Origin: Acidobacteriota bacterium
GTDB lineage: Bacteria > Acidobacteriota > Blastocatellia > RBC074
Reading direction: 5' to 3'
DNA length: 64,000 bases
NCBI GenBank assembly: GCA_019639255.1
Contig: JAHBSF010000006.1
Coordinates: 26,261-90,260 of the forward strand
Below are positions 61,786 through 64,000 of this stretch, one piece after another. The position numbers were made by a program, and so were the translations under genes. The notes beneath the pieces were generated by a model. It searched no databases and was not told the DNA's origin. It saw only the letters and a program-made list of their open reading frames with translations. The stretch's first letter is position 1, and every line of letters starts with the position of its first letter.

Positions 61786-61866
61786 ATGGTTCCGCTGGTT
61801 CCGTCAATTTTCGTTTGTTCCGTTATCTCTCTTTTACGTCCCGGGATCATCTGGATTGATCTGGAC
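61786..61866. repeat. family-A element A16 (right arm plus tail; left arm decayed)
   Basis: GTGAATGGTTCCGCTGGTTCCGTCAATTTTCGTTTGTTCCGTTATCTCTCTTTTACGTCCCGGGATCATCTGGATTGATCTGGACG. Confidence 0.75.
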
Positions 61867-61879
61867 GCGGAATTGGACG

Positions 61880-63070
61880 ATGGATCTGAAATATACGCCC
61901 GAGGAAGAGCGATTCAGGAATGAGGTCAGGGAGTGGTTGCAGGCTAACCTTCCCGCCGAGCGGCCCGAGGTGTCGGAATCGGAAAACATGGATGAATGGA
62001 TGGCTTTCCTGCGGAACTGGCAGCGGAAGTTGTCGGATGCGGGATGGGCCGGAATAGCCTGGCCGAAGGAGTACGGCGGGCGCGGCGCCGGTGTAAACGA
62101 ACAGTTGATCTTTACCGAAGAAATGGCGCGAGCAAAGGCGCCCAATCTGATGAATGTGAGCATCGGCATAGAGCTTGTAGGTCCCGCTCTGATGCATCAC
62201 GGCGCCGAGGCGCAGCGACGGCGTTACCTCCCGAAGATTCTTTCGGCCGAGGAAGTATGGTGTCAGGGATTCTCCGAGCCGGGCGCGGGCTCCGATCTGG
62301 CCTCGCTTCAAACACGCGCCGTAATCGACGGCGATCGCTTTATCGTCACGGGCCAGAAGGTATGGACGAGTTGGGCCGAATATTCGGATCATTGCATCCT
62401 GCTCGTTCGCACCGACGCGTCGGCGCCCAGACACAAGGGCATCAGTTGTCTTCTCGTGGATATGCGCAGCCCCGGAATAACGGTCAGGCCGACTCGACAG
62501 ATTACGGGCGAAACCGAATTCAGCGAGGTGTTTTTCGATGGGGTGGCGGTTCCCCGCGAAAACCTCGTAGGCGAGATCAACGGAGGGTGGGGCGTCGCCA
62601 TGACGGTATTGATGCACGAGCGCGGCACATCGGCCATAGGCTATCAGATCCGCCTCAGATCCGAACTCGACGAACTGATGGAGCTGGCAAAAAGGATCGA
62701 GAAAAATGGCCGCCCCGCATCTGCCGATCCCCTGATTCAGCAGAAGCTCGCGCAGAGTTTCATCGAGGTCGAGATACTCAAATACAACATTTATCGCAGC
62801 GCAACTCAGATTGCACGCAACGGCAGCCCCGGTCCCGAGAGCTCGATAATAAAACTCTTCTGGAGCGAGATGGACCGAAGGCAGAAGGAGGTCGCAATGG
62901 AATTGATGGGGTTGCGCTCCCAACTCGTCAGGGGATCGAAGGGAGCGGTGGATCACGGACGCTGGCAGCGGGCTTTTCTCTGGTCGCGCGCAGGCACGAT
63001 CTACGCCGGTAGCTCTGAAATTCAGCGCAATATCATAGCCGAGCGCGTACTCGGGTTGCCCAGAGGTTGA
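61880..63070 (+). CDS. acyl-CoA dehydrogenase
   Basis: MDLKYTPEEERFRNEVREW...GFSEPGAGSDLASLQT...FLWSRAGTIYAGSSEIQRN (ACAD N/M/C domains). From Met9 of the track ORF. Confidence 0.85.
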   Translation: MDLKYTPEEERFRNEVREWLQANLPAERPEVSESENMDEWMAFLRNWQRKLSDAGWAGIAWPKEYGGRGAGVNEQLIFTEEMARAKAPNLMNVSIGIELVGPALMHHGAEAQRRRYLPKILSAEEVWCQGFSEPGAGSDLASLQTRAVIDGDRFIVTGQKVWTSWAEYSDHCILLVRTDASAPRHKGISCLLVDMRSPGITVRPTRQITGETEFSEVFFDGVAVPRENLVGEINGGWGVAMTVLMHERGTSAIGYQIRLRSELDELMELAKRIEKNGRPASADPLIQQKLAQSFIEVEILKYNIYRSATQIARNGSPGPESSIIKLFWSEMDRRQKEVAMELMGLRSQLVRGSKGAVDHGRWQRAFLWSRAGTIYAGSSEIQRNIIAERVLGLPRG

Positions 63071-63073
63071 CCG

Positions 63074-64000
63074 ATGGATTTTGGATTCACACCCGAACAG
63101 GAAATGATTCGCGGTCAGGCGGCCGAGTTCTTTCGCCGCGAATGTCCGACGGCCGTCGTGCGCGGGCTTATGGAGGGTGAACGCGCACACAGCGAACAGA
63201 TGTGGCGGAAAATGGCCGAACTCGGATGGATGGGGCTCGTCTTTCCCGAAGAATTCGGCGGAGCCGGGTTGTCGATGGTCGAACTCTCGATCGTGCTCGA
63301 AGAAATGGGGCGCGTGCTTGCACCCGGAACCTACTTTTCTACAGTCGTGCTCGGCGGATTGTTGTTGCAGTCGGCCGCCAGCGCGGAACAGAAACGCAGG
63401 TGGCTTACTCCGATTTGCGAGGGGGAACTCAAGGCCACGCTTGCACTCTATGAAGAACACGAATGTCCGGGGCCGGAAGGAATCCGGGTCCGGGCAGAGA
63501 ACATAGACGGCGGCTTTGCAATCTCGGGGAAAAAGTTTTTTGTGCCCGACGCCGAGGTTGCCGATCTGATCATTTGCGCGGCGAAAACGAATTCCGCCGA
63601 AGATCGAGTGACGTTGTTTGCCGTAGACCGCAAACTCGATGGCGTAAACATCACGCCGCTACGGACGATGGACCAAACGCGCTCGTTGTACGAGGTGTCG
63701 TTTGAGAGCGTGCGTGTAGACGAATCGTGCGTAATCGGGAGTGAAGGCGGCGCCTGGCCTGTGATCGGGCGCGCGCTGGATCTGGCCGCAGTAGGCTTGA
63801 GTGCGCAAATGGTTGGCGGGGCGCGCAGTGTACTTGAAATGTGCGTCGAATTCCTGAAGACGCGCGAGCAGTTCGGCCGCAAGATCGGATCGTTTCAGTC
63901 GCTCCAGCATCGCTCGGCGGACATGCTCCTGCTAACGGAAAGCGCGAAATCGGCTGTATACGCCGCGAGTTGTGCGGCGAGCGATGACGCCCCGGATTTG
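63074..64000 (+). CDS. acyl-CoA dehydrogenase (second copy; 3' end beyond window)
   Basis: Manual translation from the ATG at 63074: MDFGFTPEQEMIRGQAAEFFRREC...MGLVFPEEFGGAGLSMVELSIVLEEMGR..., an ACAD N-terminal domain. The ORF runs off the window so it is absent from the track. Confidence 0.8.
   Translation, partial: MDFGFTPEQEMIRGQAAEFFRRECPTAVVRGLMEGERAHSEQMWRKMAELGWMGLVFPEEFGGAGLSMVELSIVLEEMGRVLAPGTYFSTVVLGGLLLQSAASAEQKRRWLTPICEGELKATLALYEEHECPGPEGIRVRAENIDGGFAISGKKFFVPDAEVADLIICAAKTNSAEDRVTLFAVDRKLDGVNITPLRTMDQTRSLYEVSFESVRVDESCVIGSEGGAWPVIGRALDLAAVGLSAQMVGGARSVLEMCVEFLKTREQFGRKIGSFQSLQHRSADMLLLTESAKSAVYAASCAASDDAPDL

Noticed and set aside
61847-63460. 537-aa minus-strand ORF antisense to the two acyl-CoA dehydrogenase genes.
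   Set aside because: Shadow ORF. The plus-strand ACAD motifs are clear.

Overview
This 64-kb window is chromosomal DNA from a GC-rich (~60%) bacterium, tentatively Acidobacteriota. I count about 58 protein-coding genes, with no rRNA, tRNA or CRISPR array that I can support.

**Gene content.**
- 1-24.6 kb: housekeeping genes, mostly on the minus strand (lgt-lspA-ileS, tatA, comEA/comEC, rlmD, coaX, birA, nadC, valS, bamD, rpe, greA, mdh, icd).
- 24.8-30.7 kb: an envelope/glycosyltransferase region, including a GT9-like gene and a large secreted beta-propeller protein with a Solibacter-type C-terminal domain, which is the taxonomic pointer.
- 30.9-43.8 kb: a plus-strand housekeeping block (alaS, FtsX-type permease, class-I amidotransferase, MFS, ftsY-ribD-rsmA, rnj, htpX).
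- 44.0-48.8 kb: a small sugar-acid-like cluster (NagB/Pgl-like, UxaE-like, SDR, LarA-like).
- 49.3-64.0 kb: a 14-gene plus-strand cluster of CoA-dependent enzymes.

**What stands out.**
- Three families of palindromic MITE-like repeats fill almost every intergenic gap.
  - Family A has 16 or more copies of about 90-170 bp, with core GAGAGATAACGGAACAAACGAAA...TTTCGTTTGTTCCGTTATCTCTC.
  - Family B has two copies of about 230 bp. Both are inserted inside family-A palindromes and carry short A/T-rich target-site duplications.
  - Family C is a 70-bp GC-rich hairpin present twice.
- Several genes (ileS, nadC, the GT9-like gene, the secreted propeller gene, the NagB-like gene and the DUF35 gene) take their last codons and stop codon from these elements.
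- The candidate novel system is the 49.3-64 kb cluster. It combines a Tat-exported amidohydrolase, two PqqC/TenA-type heme-oxygenase-fold proteins, one FadD-like and two PaaK-like CoA ligases, two SCP-x-type thiolases with a DUF35 partner, an FmdB zinc ribbon, an enoyl-CoA hydratase, an SDR and two acyl-CoA dehydrogenases. This gene combination does not match any pathway I know.

All coordinates were read by eye from the ORF track and the sequence and may be off by 1-2 nt.
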